This document shows, piece by piece, positions 63,367 to 64,000 of a DNA stretch of 64,000 nucleotides. Made by a program: the position numbers and the translations under genes. The notes below the pieces were generated by a model that worked only from the letters and a program-made list of their open reading frames with translations, was not told where the DNA came from and made no database searches. Position 1 is the first letter of the stretch; each line of letters starts with the position of its first letter. The stretch comes from Octopus bimaculoides (Eukaryota), in assembly GCF_001194135.2 (NCBI RefSeq), contig NC_068992.1, positions 28,745,221 through 28,809,220 of the forward strand, read 5' to 3'.

Positions 63367-64000
63367 CTTCTTTCAGTTTCTGCTGATCAAATCCCTTCAT
63401 AAGGCTGCATCTGAAGCCACACAGTTGGGAAATGAACTTCTTAACCACTAGGTCATGCCTGCGCCAACCAAAATGCAAAACAATACTTCACACAAGCACA
63501 ACATAAAAGACTAATCTTAATATCAACACAAAACTGAAAAAACATTACTTAACACTTTCTTTTCAAAGTGTGTGTGTACGTGTGCATGTGTGTATGTGTG
63601 TCTATGTGTGTGCACAGCCAAAGTGACTTCTGTACTTAAAACTAAATATTCAATTTTAACAATGGAAATCATACAATTGAATTAAGACATACTTTGCATG
63701 TACATAGCCTCTTTTAAAATCATCTTTCATAAAAATAAAATGAAAGATTTTTTTTTTTTCTACATTAGATTTATTTGCATATCTTTTGCATGCATTCACG
63801 TCATGCATTAATGCAGAAAACACTGCAGTCAAATTGTATTTTCCTACCAGTCACTCCTCTTAACAGGTTTCCATATCAGCTATTATTTTGTTTCTTCTCA
63901 CACTGACTGACCAAAAGAAACCCTCAGTGCCTCCCATGCCGCTTTCAAATGCTACTTCTCTCCCGCCTCCTCTTTTATCTTTTCTTTTAGTTGTTTCAAT

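Overview
AT-rich, microsatellite- and repeat-dense animal genomic DNA with eight N-gaps. The SINE/RTE families look like those of an Octopus genome (my recognition, not a database result). I find no confident host protein-coding exon; nearly all ORF-track entries are microsatellite, gap or repeat artefacts. Recognisable coding remnants are all transposon-derived: RTE LINEs, R4/Dong-like REL LINEs, a Tc1/mariner 3' end, an RT-less Ty3/Gypsy gag-protease-integrase frame, and a 5'-truncated Penelope-like element (PLE; RT + C-terminal GIY-YIG) with inverted terminal arms and a 13-bp TSD. The main result is a set of four asymmetric fold-back insertions with one architecture (10-13 bp AT-rich TSD, long inverted left arm, shorter right arm ending at a fixed position). 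These are the coding PLE (22484-25199), a 336-bp non-coding fold-back homologous to its termini (58385-58720), and two copies of a non-coding element carrying a minimal hammerhead ribozyme (13625-14016, 56966-57580). The last has two divergent tRNA-like Pol III heads. These MITE-looking palindromes are probably PLE-made retro-copies, including a tRNA-headed, ribozyme-bearing non-autonomous family.
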